From assembly GCA_964508045.1 (NCBI GenBank), contig CAZDSO010000002.1, positions 1 to 58,818 on the forward strand: DNA of 58,818 nucleotides. Direction: 5' to 3'. Under the pieces are notes generated by a model. The model saw nothing but the letters and a program-made list of their open reading frames with translations, searched no databases and was not told where the DNA came from. The translations under genes and the position numbers were made by a program. Shown piece after piece: positions 43,371 through 53,907 of the stretch (position 1 is its first letter; each line of letters starts with the position of its first letter). Source of the DNA: an uncultured Planctomycetia bacterium (GTDB lineage Bacteria; Planctomycetota; JAKEIC01; CAZDSO01).

Positions 43371-44933
43371 ATGGCAGAGGAAGACAAGGAACCCAAGGCG
43401 CCCGGGGAAGAAGCGGAACGACCGGCGGAGGAGCCCGAGACGGTCGAGGCGTCCCCGGACGAGGAACCCGAAGAGGAGCCCGAGGGCGACGAGCCGGACG
43501 CCGGGGAGGGGGAGGAGACGATCCCGATGACGGTGGCGGTGGAGGAGGAGGGCCCCTGCCGGAAGACGGTGAAGGTCGAGATCCCTCCCGAGCGCGTGAC
43601 CGAGGACATCCAGAAGGGCCTGGACGAAATCCGGACCTCGGTTCCCATGCCGGGATTCCGCAAGGGCCGGGTTCCCAAGGCGCTTCTGGCCCGGCGTTTC
43701 GGGAAGAAGGTGAAGGAGGACGTCCGGGCCACGCTGGTCCGCGAGGGGATGTCCCAGAGCATCGAGAAGGAGGGCCTCAGGCCCTTCTCCCTGCCGGATT
43801 TCGGGGAGGAGGATCTGGAGGCGATCGAGGTGGAGGAGGGCAAGCCTCTCGTGTTCTCGTACACCGTGGACGTGAAGCCCGACCTGGCGGTGGACAACTA
43901 CGTGGGGCTCGAGGTGAAGAGGCCGAAGGTGGAGGTGTCGGAGGAGGAGGTGGAAAAGGAGGTCGACAACCTTCGCCGGCGCCGTGCGCGCGTGGTGCCG
44001 GTGGAGGGGGGGGAGGTCCAGCCCGGGGACACGCTGGTGGTGGACCGCGAATACACGTACCGCCGCAAGCCCGTCCACAAGGAAGAGAACGTGACGCTTC
44101 CGATGCCGGAGGAGGGAAGCGATCTCTACGAGAAGATGTCGTCCTTGAAGGCGTTTCTGGGCCGGAAGGCGGGGGAGACGGTGCAGACCTCCTTTTCCTT
44201 CCCCGAGACCTTCCCGGAGGCGTCGGTCCGCGGGAAGTCGGGGCAGCAGAAGACGACGGTGGAGGACATCAAGCGGCTGGAGCTTCCCGATCTGGAGGGG
44301 GAGTTTCTGGAGGATCTGGGGGTGGCGTCGGCGGAGGCGTTGCGGGAGAAGATCCGGGAGCAGGTGAAGGCGGCGAAGGATTCGATGGCGGACCGGATCG
44401 TGGAGGAGCGTCTGGTGGACGCTCTGCTCGATCGGATTCCGATCGACCTCCCCGGGAACGTGGTGGAGCGGGAGGTGGAACAGTACATGAAGCGGTACGA
44501 GGTCCGCCTGCGCGAGCAGAAGGTCCCGGAGGCCGACATCCAGGAGCAGATCGGCCGCTTGCGGGAGCAGCGCCGCAAGACGGTGGAGAAGGAATTCAAG
44601 GCGTTCTTCCTTCTGGAGGAGATCGCGGCCAAGGAGAAGATCTTCGCCACGGAGGAGGAGGTGGACCGCCGCGTGGAGGCCATGGCGGTCAACTACGGCA
44701 AGTGGCCCTCCCAGATGCGGGAGGAGATGGAGAACGCCGGGATCATGGACGAGGTCCGCAACCAGGTGAAGGAGGACAAGGTCAAGGCGTTCCTCCGGGA
44801 GAAGGCGAAGATCGAGGAAGGGGAGCCGCTGGATTTGTCCGCGCCGCCGAAGGAAGCCACCGGCGAGGAGGAAGCGGAGGAAGCGGGGGAGGCGGAGGAG
44901 GCGGAGGAAGCGGAGCAAGCGGGGGAGGCGTAG
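43371..44933 (+). CDS. tig: Trigger factor (mirror copy)
   Basis: Mirror of 13886..15448; identical protein. Confidence 0.92.
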   Translation: MAEEDKEPKAPGEEAERPAEEPETVEASPDEEPEEEPEGDEPDAGEGEETIPMTVAVEEEGPCRKTVKVEIPPERVTEDIQKGLDEIRTSVPMPGFRKGRVPKALLARRFGKKVKEDVRATLVREGMSQSIEKEGLRPFSLPDFGEEDLEAIEVEEGKPLVFSYTVDVKPDLAVDNYVGLEVKRPKVEVSEEEVEKEVDNLRRRRARVVPVEGGEVQPGDTLVVDREYTYRRKPVHKEENVTLPMPEEGSDLYEKMSSLKAFLGRKAGETVQTSFSFPETFPEASVRGKSGQQKTTVEDIKRLELPDLEGEFLEDLGVASAEALREKIREQVKAAKDSMADRIVEERLVDALLDRIPIDLPGNVVEREVEQYMKRYEVRLREQKVPEADIQEQIGRLREQRRKTVEKEFKAFFLLEEIAAKEKIFATEEEVDRRVEAMAVNYGKWPSQMREEMENAGIMDEVRNQVKEDKVKAFLREKAKIEEGEPLDLSAPPKEATGEEEAEEAGEAEEAEEAEQAGEA

Positions 44934-45052
44934 AGGGGGGTGCGTACGGGTGGATTCGCACTGCGCTTCCTTGGGTACGCTACGGCTGCTACAATGGATA
45001 CCGGATCGCGCCGACCCGGGCCGGCGGGTCCGGTTTTTGTCGGGAGGAGATC

Positions 45053-45658
45053 TTGGTCTTCTGGATCCCCCGCGTGTACGAGAAGGTGGGCGCCTCGGAG
45101 AGGGAGTACGACCTCTTTTCCCGCCTTCTCAAGGACCGGATCATCCTCATCGGCCAGGAGATCGACGACCGTCTGGCCAACCTCGTGGTGGCCCAGATGC
45201 TTTTCCTCCAGAGCGAGAACCGGAACGCCGACATCAGCATGTACATCAACTCGCCGGGGGGGGACATCTCGTCGGGGCTCGCGATCTACGACACGATACA
45301 GTTCGTCGAGTGCGACGTGGCCACGTACTGTACGGGAAGCGCCGCGAGCATGGCCGTGCTGCTGCTGGCGGCGGGCACGCCGGGCAAGCGGTTCGCCCTT
45401 CCCCGGGCCCGCATCATGATCCACCAGCCCTGGGGCTATTCCGAGGGGACGGCCCTCGATCTCCAGATCCACGCCGAGGAGATCCTCTTCTGGCGCCGGC
45501 GGATCAACGAGCTCATTGCCGCGCACACGGGCCGGACGGTGGAGAAGGTCGAGGCCGACTCCGACCGCGACTACTACATGTCCTCCGAGGAGGCTTTGGA
45601 CTACGGGATCGTCGACGAGGTGGTGCAAACGCTCAAGGGCAAGACGGCCGGATCCTGA
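45053..45658 (+). CDS. clpP: ClpP second paralog, TTG start (mirror copy)
   Basis: Mirror of 13161..13766. GGGAGGAG precedes TTG at 45053. Confidence 0.85.
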   Translation: MVFWIPRVYEKVGASEREYDLFSRLLKDRIILIGQEIDDRLANLVVAQMLFLQSENRNADISMYINSPGGDISSGLAIYDTIQFVECDVATYCTGSAASMAVLLLAAGTPGKRFALPRARIMIHQPWGYSEGTALDLQIHAEEILFWRRRINELIAAHTGRTVEKVEADSDRDYYMSSEEALDYGIVDEVVQTLKGKTAGS

Positions 45659-45748
45659 GGGGTCCATCGACGTGCGGATGCGGAATTCCGGATCGATGAC
45701 GCGAGGTGTCCGCCATCCGCCATCCGACGTTGTACAGAGGTGCATGGC

Positions 45749-46375
45749 ATGGGATACACGCTGCCCATCGTGATCGAGAAGACGAGCCGGGGCGAGAAGG
45801 CCTACGACATCTTTTCACGGCTGTTGAAGGACCGGATCATCTTCATCGGCTCCCCGATCGACGACACGCTCTCCTCCCTCGTGATCGCCGAGATGCTCTA
45901 CCTCCAGTCCGAGAAGAAGGACGCGGACATCAACCTCTACATCAACTCGCCGGGGGGATCGGTGACGGCGGGGCTGGCGATCTACGACACGATCCAGTTC
46001 GTCCAGTGCGACGTGGCCACCTATTGCATCGGCCAGGCGGTGTCCATCTCGGCGCTTTTGCTGGCGGCCGGCTCGGCGAAAAAGCGCTTCGCCCTCCCCA
46101 ACGCCCGCATCATGCTCCACCAGCCGCTGGGGGGCGTGCGCGGCACCGCCGCGGACATCGACATCGCCGCGGAGGAAATCGTGCGCCTGCACAAGACCCT
46201 CAACGCCATCTTCTCGCTGCACACCGGGCAGACCGAGGAGCAGATCGAATCAGACACGGACAGGGACTTCTTCATGACCGCCCGGGCGGCTCGGGACTAC
46301 GGCCTCGTGGACGACGTCATCGAATCCCTGAAGAAGACCGGGGACCAGGCCTCGGCCGACGGACAAACGACCTGA
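45749..46375 (+). CDS. clpP: ClpP adjacent to clpX (mirror copy)
   Basis: Mirror of 12444..13070. Confidence 0.93.
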   Translation: MGYTLPIVIEKTSRGEKAYDIFSRLLKDRIIFIGSPIDDTLSSLVIAEMLYLQSEKKDADINLYINSPGGSVTAGLAIYDTIQFVQCDVATYCIGQAVSISALLLAAGSAKKRFALPNARIMLHQPLGGVRGTAADIDIAAEEIVRLHKTLNAIFSLHTGQTEEQIESDTDRDFFMTARAARDYGLVDDVIESLKKTGDQASADGQTT

Positions 46376-46385
46376 GGAGACCGTC

Positions 46386-47660
46386 ATGGCCAAGCGGGGA
46401 AAACAAACGGCGAAGTGCACGTTCTGCGACAAGCCCCAGGGCGAGGTGGAACTGATCCAGGGGCCGCCGAACGTCTACATCTGCAACGAGTGCGTCGAGG
46501 TCTGCGCCAACGTCTTCGCCGAGGAAATGCCCGGCCGCCGGCGCCCCAAGGCGCCGAGCGAGGTCTCGCCGGAGTCGCTTCCCACCCCGCGGGAGATCAA
46601 GGACGGCCTCGACGCCTACGTCATCGGCCAGGAGAGGACCAAGAAGGTCCTGTCCGTCGCCGTCCACAACCACTACAAGCGGATCCTTTGCGAAACCCTC
46701 GACGGCGACGTGGAACTGGAAAAGAGCAACATCCTCCTGGTGGGGCCCACCGGGACCGGCAAGACCCTCCTCGCCAGGACCCTGGCCCACATCCTCAACG
46801 TTCCCTTCGCCATCGGCGACGCCACGACCCTGACCGAGGCCGGCTACGTCGGCGAGGACGTGGAGAACCTCCTCCTCAAACTCCTCCAGAATGCCGATTT
46901 CGACCTCGCGCGGGCGGAACAGGGCATTCTCTTCATCGACGAGATCGACAAGATCGGCCGCACCACCCAGAACGTCTCCATCACGCGGGACGTCTCCGGC
47001 GAAGGCGTCCAGCAGTCCCTGTTGAAGATGCTCGAAGGGACCGTCGCCAACGTCCCCCCCCAGGGGGGGCGCAAACACCCCGAGCAGAGCTACATCCAGA
47101 TGAACACCAGCCAGATCCTGTTCATCTGCTCGGGCACCTTCGTGGGCCTGACCGACATCGTGGCCAAGCGCGTGGGAAAGAAACTCATCGGCTTCCGCGG
47201 GGAAAGCGGACCCCTGGCGGAGGAGAAGAAGCAGACCGAGCTCCTCCGGCTCGCGGAGGAGGAGGACATCCTCGAATTCGGGCTGATTCCCGAGTTCGTG
47301 GGACGCCTCCCCGTGCATACCACGCTCGATTCCCTCGACGAGGGCGACCTCGTGCGAATCCTCCTGGAGCCCAGGAACGCCCTCGTGAGGCAGTACCAGA
47401 AGTTCTTCGCCTTCGAGAACGCCCAGCTCGAGTTCTCCGAGGGGGCGTTGAAACTGATCGCGCGCAAAGCCCTGGCCAAGGACACCGGCGCCCGCGGCCT
47501 GCGGGGAATCCTCGAGAACATCATGCTGGACATCATGTACGACCTTCCCTCCCTCGAGGGCGTGAAACGCTATTCCGTCACCGAGGACGTGGTCGAGGGC
47601 AAGGCCTCCGCCGCGAAACCGTCCCGGGCACGGGGCGCCAAGAAGCGCGGCATCGCCTGA
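46386..47660 (+). CDS. clpX: ClpX (mirror copy)
   Basis: Mirror of 11159..12433; identical protein. Confidence 0.97.
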   Translation: MAKRGKQTAKCTFCDKPQGEVELIQGPPNVYICNECVEVCANVFAEEMPGRRRPKAPSEVSPESLPTPREIKDGLDAYVIGQERTKKVLSVAVHNHYKRILCETLDGDVELEKSNILLVGPTGTGKTLLARTLAHILNVPFAIGDATTLTEAGYVGEDVENLLLKLLQNADFDLARAEQGILFIDEIDKIGRTTQNVSITRDVSGEGVQQSLLKMLEGTVANVPPQGGRKHPEQSYIQMNTSQILFICSGTFVGLTDIVAKRVGKKLIGFRGESGPLAEEKKQTELLRLAEEEDILEFGLIPEFVGRLPVHTTLDSLDEGDLVRILLEPRNALVRQYQKFFAFENAQLEFSEGALKLIARKALAKDTGARGLRGILENIMLDIMYDLPSLEGVKRYSVTEDVVEGKASAAKPSRARGAKKRGIA

Positions 47661-47890
47661 TCCCTCCGAAAAAAAAATCTCCTATTCCTTGACTTCCCGG
47701 GGGGCGGAGCGTATCTTTCCACGATCGGTGAAAACTTCGCGCGTCGTGGAAGACAATCCTCTCCACGCGACGAGTCACCGAGGAAGAAAAGAGGGGAGGG
47801 CCGGGCCTCCCTCGCTCTTCGGGCCCAGGCGGCACGTGGCCGGCATGGGCCAGATGTTTTCAAGAGAGGAAAGGATTTAAGGAGGAAACC

Positions 47891-48607
47891 ATGTCGAAAC
47901 GTCTGCCCCTTGCCTTCATGGCGGTGATCTTCCTGGCGGCGGCCGTGGGTTGCGGGTCAACCCAGGTCTTCGTCCGTCCGGACGCAGAACCCATTGACAT
48001 GTCCAAGGAAAAAATGATCATCATGCCCGCCGTGGCCTACGGCTTCGGAAGCCTCGGCCTCAACGAGACCGAACTCTCCGCCGCCCTGTTCACCGGCGCC
48101 GTCGCGGCCTTCGGAAGCAACGGCATCTCGCTCGAGCCCATCAAGCCCGCCCTCGAATCCGCCGGGCTCGACTGGCTCACCCGCCGCATGTGCTGGGCCG
48201 CCTACTGGATGACCAAGTATCGCGACGAGTACGACTTCTCCAAGTACACCGGCGGCGACGGCTTCGAAAAGGTCCCCGGCGCCGTGTCCGAACTCGTCGG
48301 CCTGGTCGCCAGCAAGATGGGGCTGGACTTCAAGCCCCGGTACTACTTCGCCCTCTACCTGTGGGCCTACGGGTCCGGCATGGTCCCCGGCACCGCGAAG
48401 TGCCGCGTGATCGCATGCATCTACGACGCGCAGAAGAACCTCTTGCACTCCTGCACCTACTACACCAAGACCATGGCCAAGGACATCATCATGGTCGAAG
48501 CCGCCAAGATCCCCAATGACACCTTCAACCTCATCATGAAGGAAGCCGCCAAGGGCGTCGAAGGCGAAGGTGAAGGCGACGGTGAAGGAAACGGCGACGG
48601 CGAATAG
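47891..48607 (+). CDS. Lipoprotein paralog B (mirror copy)
   Basis: Mirror of 10212..10928; identical protein. Confidence 0.8.
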   Translation: MSKRLPLAFMAVIFLAAAVGCGSTQVFVRPDAEPIDMSKEKMIIMPAVAYGFGSLGLNETELSAALFTGAVAAFGSNGISLEPIKPALESAGLDWLTRRMCWAAYWMTKYRDEYDFSKYTGGDGFEKVPGAVSELVGLVASKMGLDFKPRYYFALYLWAYGSGMVPGTAKCRVIACIYDAQKNLLHSCTYYTKTMAKDIIMVEAAKIPNDTFNLIMKEAAKGVEGEGEGDGEGNGDGE

Positions 48608-48720
48608 CCTCCCTCGGCTCAGCGCGTGCGGCCCGGCACCGCACCCTTGAAGACCGAACCGACAGGAGCGGGGCCCCCACGGGTCCCGCTCCTTTCCTTT
48701 TCCCCTCCAGGGAGGAAACC

Positions 48721-49464
48721 ATGCCCCCCGAGAGAAACCACGCGCGGCCCCACGACCGACTCCGCCCCTGCCGGATCCGACCCGCCTTCACCACCGAACC
48801 CCCCGGCTCCGCCCTCGTCGAATGGGGACGAACCCTCGTCCTGTGCACCGTCTCCGCCGAATCCGGCGTCCCCCCCTTTCGCGAAGGAGAACGCGCCGGA
48901 TGGCTCACCGCCGAGTACGCCATGCTGCCCGGCTCCGGCGACCGGAGAAAACCCCGCGGCGCCGACGGACGCGCCCGCGAGATCGGACGCATGATCGGAC
49001 GAACCCTGCGCGCTTCCCTCGACCTCGACGACCTCGGACCCCTCACCCTCCGCGTCGACTGCGACGTCCTCCAGGCCCACGGAGGCACGCGGACCGCTTC
49101 CGTCACCGGCGCCTGGGTCGCCCTCGCCCTCGCCATGAAATCGCTCGGCGCCCGGGGATGGACCTGCCCCCCCGAACCCCCGCGACAGGTCGCCGCCGTC
49201 TCCGTCGGACTCGTCGGCGGCGTCCCCCTCCTCGACCTCGACCGGGACGAGGACCAGGCCGCCTCCGTCGACATGAACGTCGTCATGAACGCGGACGGAG
49301 GCTTCCACGAAATCCAGGGCGCCTCCGAAAAGGGGCAGTTCTCCCCCGGGGAACTCGAAGCCATGCTCGCCCTGGCGCGCAAGGGACTCACGGAGATCTT
49401 CGCTCTCCAGACCCAGGCCCTCGAGCAGAGGGGATCGATGCGCACCTCGTGGGAGGCGCCATGA
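48721..49464 (+). CDS. rph: Ribonuclease PH (mirror copy)
   Basis: Mirror of 9355..10098; identical protein. Confidence 0.92.
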   Translation: MPPERNHARPHDRLRPCRIRPAFTTEPPGSALVEWGRTLVLCTVSAESGVPPFREGERAGWLTAEYAMLPGSGDRRKPRGADGRAREIGRMIGRTLRASLDLDDLGPLTLRVDCDVLQAHGGTRTASVTGAWVALALAMKSLGARGWTCPPEPPRQVAAVSVGLVGGVPLLDLDRDEDQAASVDMNVVMNADGGFHEIQGASEKGQFSPGELEAMLALARKGLTEIFALQTQALEQRGSMRTSWEAP

Positions 49465-50141
49465 TCATCAACACCCTCGTCGCGGCGACCCGGAACCCAG
49501 GCAAAGCGCGGGAAATCCGCCGCCTCCTCGAGGCCGAAGGCCTGGAAGTCCTCGGCCTCGACGGCTTCGACGACGCCCCCGACGTCGAGGAGACGGCAGA
49601 GACCTTCGCCGAGAACGCACGACGCAAGGCCCTCGCCTGCGCCCGCGCCCTCGGCCTCCCCGTGATCGCCGAGGACGCGGGCCTCGTCGTCGACGCCCTG
49701 CACGGCGAGCCGGGCGTGCGCTCCGCCCGCTTCGCCGGCCCCGACCAGGATGCCCGCGCGAACACGGCCCTGCTCCTCCAGCGGATGAAGGACGTCCCGG
49801 CGCCCGCGCGCACGGCCCGGTTCGTCAGCGCCCTTTGCGTCGCCGGGCCGAACGGCGTGATCGCCGAGGCGGAAGGAACGACGGAAGGGAGCATCACGTA
49901 TGCCCCCGACGGCGCGGGCGGGTTCGGCTACGATCCGGTCTTCCTCTCCCGCGACCTCGGCGTCACCTTCGCCCGCGCCGCGCCGGAGGCGAAGAACGCC
50001 GTCAGCCACCGCGGCCGCGCCCTCCGCTCGCTGCTGGCGCGCCTCCGGAAAGAGGGGAGGCTTCCCCCCGGGCGGAAGGGAGAGGAGAGGAGGGGATTCG
50101 TGAAGGGGAAATGGGGAATGGAGAATAGGAATGATAAATAG
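49461..50141 (+). CDS. rdgB: RdgB/HAM1 dITP/XTP pyrophosphatase (mirror copy)
   Basis: Mirror of 8678..9358. ATG 49461 overlaps the rph stop (ATGA). Confidence 0.9.
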   Translation: MIINTLVAATRNPGKAREIRRLLEAEGLEVLGLDGFDDAPDVEETAETFAENARRKALACARALGLPVIAEDAGLVVDALHGEPGVRSARFAGPDQDARANTALLLQRMKDVPAPARTARFVSALCVAGPNGVIAEAEGTTEGSITYAPDGAGGFGYDPVFLSRDLGVTFARAAPEAKNAVSHRGRALRSLLARLRKEGRLPPGRKGEERRGFVKGKWGMENRNDK

Positions 50142-50204
50142 TAAATGGTAAATGGGGATGCATGTATTCGTGTATTTTGATACGGACCTTTCGATGAGGG
50201 AAAC

Positions 50205-51017
50205 ATGTCGAGGCTCATAGTCCTTACTGCGCCGGTCTGGGTCTTCTTCGCCCTGGTTTCTGGTTGCGGGGACGGGAAGGTCCCGTTGGGGGAACCCGGA
50301 GAGGAGGCCGTGAAGGGTGGACCGCAACAGGAAGAAAAAGCCGAACCGAAGGAGGAGGGGAAAGTAAGGGATGAAGATCAACCTGAAACCGAGGGCAATG
50401 AGAAGAGAGCCCGAAAAAAAGTGTTCGTCCGCGAGGGGGCGGAACGCATCGATCTCGACAAGGAAAAAGTGTTTCTTCTTCCCGTGGTCGCATACGGCTT
50501 CGCCAGCATAGGTATCAACGAGACCGAATTCTCCGCCGGACTGACGGCAGGCAACATCATGGCATTCAGGAGTACCGGTATCTCCTTGGTGCCCCTCAAG
50601 CCCTTGTTCGAATCCTCCGGCCTTGGAGGGATGGCCCGCGAGCTCGCGTACGGGGCCTATCACTGCATCGACGCACACGGGTCCTTCGAGCTGGCAACGG
50701 ATCCGTGCGGCAAGGGCATCGAGAAGGTTCCAGCCTCCCTGGCCAAGCTGGTTGTTTTGATCGAGGAGAAGATGTCTTTGTACTTTGAACCGCGGCACCT
50801 CTACGCCCTCTATATCTGGGGATATGGACCTGGCCCCACCGCCGGCACGGTGAGATGCCGCGTCATCGGAACCATCTACGACGTGCAGGAAGACCTCGTC
50901 CATTCCTGCGTACACTACGCCAGGACGATCACCAGGGACACCGCCCTGCCCGAGGCCGCGAGGATCCCGGAGAATGCGTTCAAACTCCTCATGAAGGAGG
51001 TTGCCAGGCGGAAGTAA
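50205..51017 (+). CDS. Lipoprotein paralog A (mirror copy)
   Basis: Mirror of 7802..8614; identical protein. Confidence 0.8.
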   Translation: MSRLIVLTAPVWVFFALVSGCGDGKVPLGEPGEEAVKGGPQQEEKAEPKEEGKVRDEDQPETEGNEKRARKKVFVREGAERIDLDKEKVFLLPVVAYGFASIGINETEFSAGLTAGNIMAFRSTGISLVPLKPLFESSGLGGMARELAYGAYHCIDAHGSFELATDPCGKGIEKVPASLAKLVVLIEEKMSLYFEPRHLYALYIWGYGPGPTAGTVRCRVIGTIYDVQEDLVHSCVHYARTITRDTALPEAARIPENAFKLLMKEVARRK

Positions 51018-51173
51018 GGCGAGGGTTTCATCCCGGAGCAACGCCAAACCGCCGCGACGGCGGGGTAGGGGCGGGCCCATGGGCCCGCCCTCGTCCCGGC
51101 ACGGAGGGGGCGACCACACGGGGTCGCCCATACCCCCTCCCCTTCCCGCGCGCATGGATCTCCCTTTTCGCGA

Positions 51174-52916
51174 TCACCCATGTCCGCGGCACCATTCAGC
51201 GGCGGCCAGCGCGTCCGGCTCCGGCGGCGGGTCGCCGGCGGGCGGCGGCGGGTCGCCGGCGGGCGGGGGCGCCTGCTTGGCGGCCCTGGCCAGGCGTCTC
51301 TCGGCCGCGATCCACAGCGCCAGGCCGAGCGCCAGGTGGATGCCCACCGTGAGGAGGAAGGCCGGCAGGCGGACTTCCCCGAGCGCCGCCGAGTAGGGAA
51401 AGGCGGATTCCCCCCTCCATATCTGTTCGTCCGTGATGTACTCGAAGAACCCCGTGGTCAGCGATCCGAACGCGACGGCGGGGCTCAGGAGGCCCGGTTC
51501 GAGCAGGGACACCTCGGAGATCTTCTCCAGGCGGTGGCGCGCGGCGAACGCGATCAGGGGAAGGAAGATGAGGGCGGTGACGATGCCCGACTGGACGACC
51601 ATGCGCGCCCGCTCGTTGAGGATCAGCGTGGTCAGGAGGAGCCCGGCGGAGGCGGAGAGGAGGAGGAAGGAGAGGATCGTCAGGCCCATCCCGACGAGCG
51701 CGGGCACGAACGAGACGCCGGCGCTCTGCATGTAGGTCCGCAGGAGAAGGAGGGCGGGGGTGGCGGCCAGGATCGCGAGCAGGAGGCAGAAGAAAAAGCC
51801 GTTCTGGGCCCCGGGCCGAAGGCAGCGGAGCGGGGAGAAGCGGGTCCCGCCGCGCAGCCGGGCGGGGAGCGCGTGCAGGGGATCTTCGGCGGCGAAGGAG
51901 GAGGAAAGGGTGGCGACGATGCCGAAGGCGCCGAGAAAGGTCGCGGCCGCGCGCCAGCGCGACCAGGGGGGGCCGAAGTCCGCCCGGAAGAGGAGGAGCA
52001 GCCAGAGAGCCGATCCGAGAATCATGAACGCCAGGAAGAACAGTTTCAGGTTCGTGGAGCGGTTGCCGGCGCGGGGTTTGATGCGGTTGGACGCCGAGAG
52101 GGCGGAAAAGGCGAAGATCGAACCCATCACGAACAGGGGAAGCGCGAAGAGGTAGAGCAGCGCATCCGTCGCGGGTGGATCCGCGGTGGGAAACGGGCGG
52201 AAGGCGAGCGCTTGCAGACCGATAAGGTTCATCGCCTTCCGGCTCAGGGCCTCCGAGGGAAGCGCGGCCAGGTATCCGGCGAGCCCCACCAGGCAGACGA
52301 TGCCGAAGGCGCCGGTGCTCGCCAGCGCCGTCCGGCTCGTGCGCGAATGCGCCGAGATGAAGATGGAGAAGATGTTCGAGATCGCCGACACCGCCAGAAG
52401 GCACGCGTAGGACGCCACGAGGTTCCCCACGCCGATGCCGCCGTAGAGGAAGGCGATCGCGCCGACGGGAAGCGATGAGAAGAGGAACACCGCCGTGTAG
52501 ACCATGGACGCCAGGAACTTGCCCCGCACCACCCCCGCCGCGCTCAGCTGCGTCGTCTGGAGCATCTCGAAGGTCTTCACCTCCCGCTCCCCCACGATGG
52601 AGGTGGAGGCGAAGGAGGGAAGCACCAGCAGGATCGCCAGCGCCATCCCCCCCAGGAACACCGCGTGGACCGTGCGGCCCACCGACGCCGGCTGCCAGCG
52701 GACCGCCGTCGACATCGAGAGGATCACCACCACCAGCGCCACGGAAAGCAGGGCCAGAAAGCCCGTGTGCACGCCGAAGAATTTCCAGCCCCGGAACGTG
52801 GCGCGGAGCTCCTTCATCAGGATCGGATCCAGCCACCCGTCCAGGGCCGTCCGCGTCTTTTCGAGCACGCCGCTCATCCCGGCCTTCCCCTCCAGGGCAT
52901 CATGCATCCGCATCAA
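51174..52916 (-). CDS. ABC-2 permease (mirror copy)
   Basis: Mirror of 5903..7645; identical protein. Confidence 0.75.
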   Translation of the reverse strand: MMRMHDALEGKAGMSGVLEKTRTALDGWLDPILMKELRATFRGWKFFGVHTGFLALLSVALVVVILSMSTAVRWQPASVGRTVHAVFLGGMALAILLVLPSFASTSIVGEREVKTFEMLQTTQLSAAGVVRGKFLASMVYTAVFLFSSLPVGAIAFLYGGIGVGNLVASYACLLAVSAISNIFSIFISAHSRTSRTALASTGAFGIVCLVGLAGYLAALPSEALSRKAMNLIGLQALAFRPFPTADPPATDALLYLFALPLFVMGSIFAFSALSASNRIKPRAGNRSTNLKLFFLAFMILGSALWLLLLFRADFGPPWSRWRAAATFLGAFGIVATLSSSFAAEDPLHALPARLRGGTRFSPLRCLRPGAQNGFFFCLLLAILAATPALLLLRTYMQSAGVSFVPALVGMGLTILSFLLLSASAGLLLTTLILNERARMVVQSGIVTALIFLPLIAFAARHRLEKISEVSLLEPGLLSPAVAFGSLTTGFFEYITDEQIWRGESAFPYSAALGEVRLPAFLLTVGIHLALGLALWIAAERRLARAAKQAPPPAGDPPPPAGDPPPEPDALAAAEWCRGHG

Positions 52917-52926
52917 AGGCGCCGCA

Positions 52927-53853
52927 TCACTGCACCTGCCCCTTCGTGATCTCGAGAAACAGATGCTCCAGGTCCGCCGACTCCATCCGCACGCCCTGGA
53001 TCGGGACCCCCGCCTCCGCGAGCGTCCTGACCAGCGCCGGCACGTTTGGATCCGGCCCCTCGCAATCCACCCGGATCCGGTCCCCCCCGGCCGTCGCCTC
53101 GCGCACGAAAGGCAGCTCCAGCGCCAGACGCGCCGCCTCCGCAGCCCGGTCCCTCACCTCCACGACCACCTGCGGCGCTCCCGCGATCCGCTCCAGGATC
53201 TCGGCCCGCGTGCCCGTGGCCACCATGCGCCCCGCCTCGATGATCCCGATCCGCGTGCACACGTCCGAGAGCTCGGTGAGGATGTGGGACGAGATCAGGA
53301 TGGTCTTCCCCAGCGTCTTGAGCTCCTTGAGCAGCGCCCGGAACTCGATCCGGGCCCGGGGATCGAGGTTGGCCGCCGGCTCGTCGAGGATCAGCACCGC
53401 GGGATCGTGCACCAGCGTCTTGGCCACGCAGAGCCTCTGCTGCATGCCCCGCGACAGCGCGGAGACGGGGCGGTCCGCGAACGCCCCGAGGTCCGTCAGC
53501 GCCATCACGTCGGAGACGGCCCGGTTCCGGCCCGGAAGCCGGAGGCCGTGCGCCGCCCCGAAGAAATCCAGGTACTCCCACACGCTCAATCCGTCGTAGA
53601 CCCCGTAGGTGTCCGGCATGGTCCCGGTGAGGGCGCGGACCTTCTCGGGGGCGTTCACCACGCAATGCCCCCCCACCCGCGCCCTCCCGGCCGTGGGATG
53701 GAGCAGCGTGGCCAGGATCCGCATGGTCGTCGTCTTCCCGGCGCCGTTCGGGCCGATGAACCCGAAGATGTCCCCCGCCTCCACCGTGAAGGAGATCCCG
53801 TCCAGCGCCCGGTTGGCGCCGAAATCCATCACCAGTCCCTCGATGTCGATCAT
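52927..53853 (-). CDS. ABC transporter ATP-binding protein (mirror copy)
   Basis: Mirror of 4966..5892. Confidence 0.9.
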   Translation of the reverse strand: MIDIEGLVMDFGANRALDGISFTVEAGDIFGFIGPNGAGKTTTMRILATLLHPTAGRARVGGHCVVNAPEKVRALTGTMPDTYGVYDGLSVWEYLDFFGAAHGLRLPGRNRAVSDVMALTDLGAFADRPVSALSRGMQQRLCVAKTLVHDPAVLILDEPAANLDPRARIEFRALLKELKTLGKTILISSHILTELSDVCTRIGIIEAGRMVATGTRAEILERIAGAPQVVVEVRDRAAEAARLALELPFVREATAGGDRIRVDCEGPDPNVPALVRTLAEAGVPIQGVRMESADLEHLFLEITKGQVQ

Positions 53854-53907
53854 GCGCGTTCTCTCACGCTGCGAATCCGCGATTCCCCCTCCCCCCTCCC
53901 CCATCCC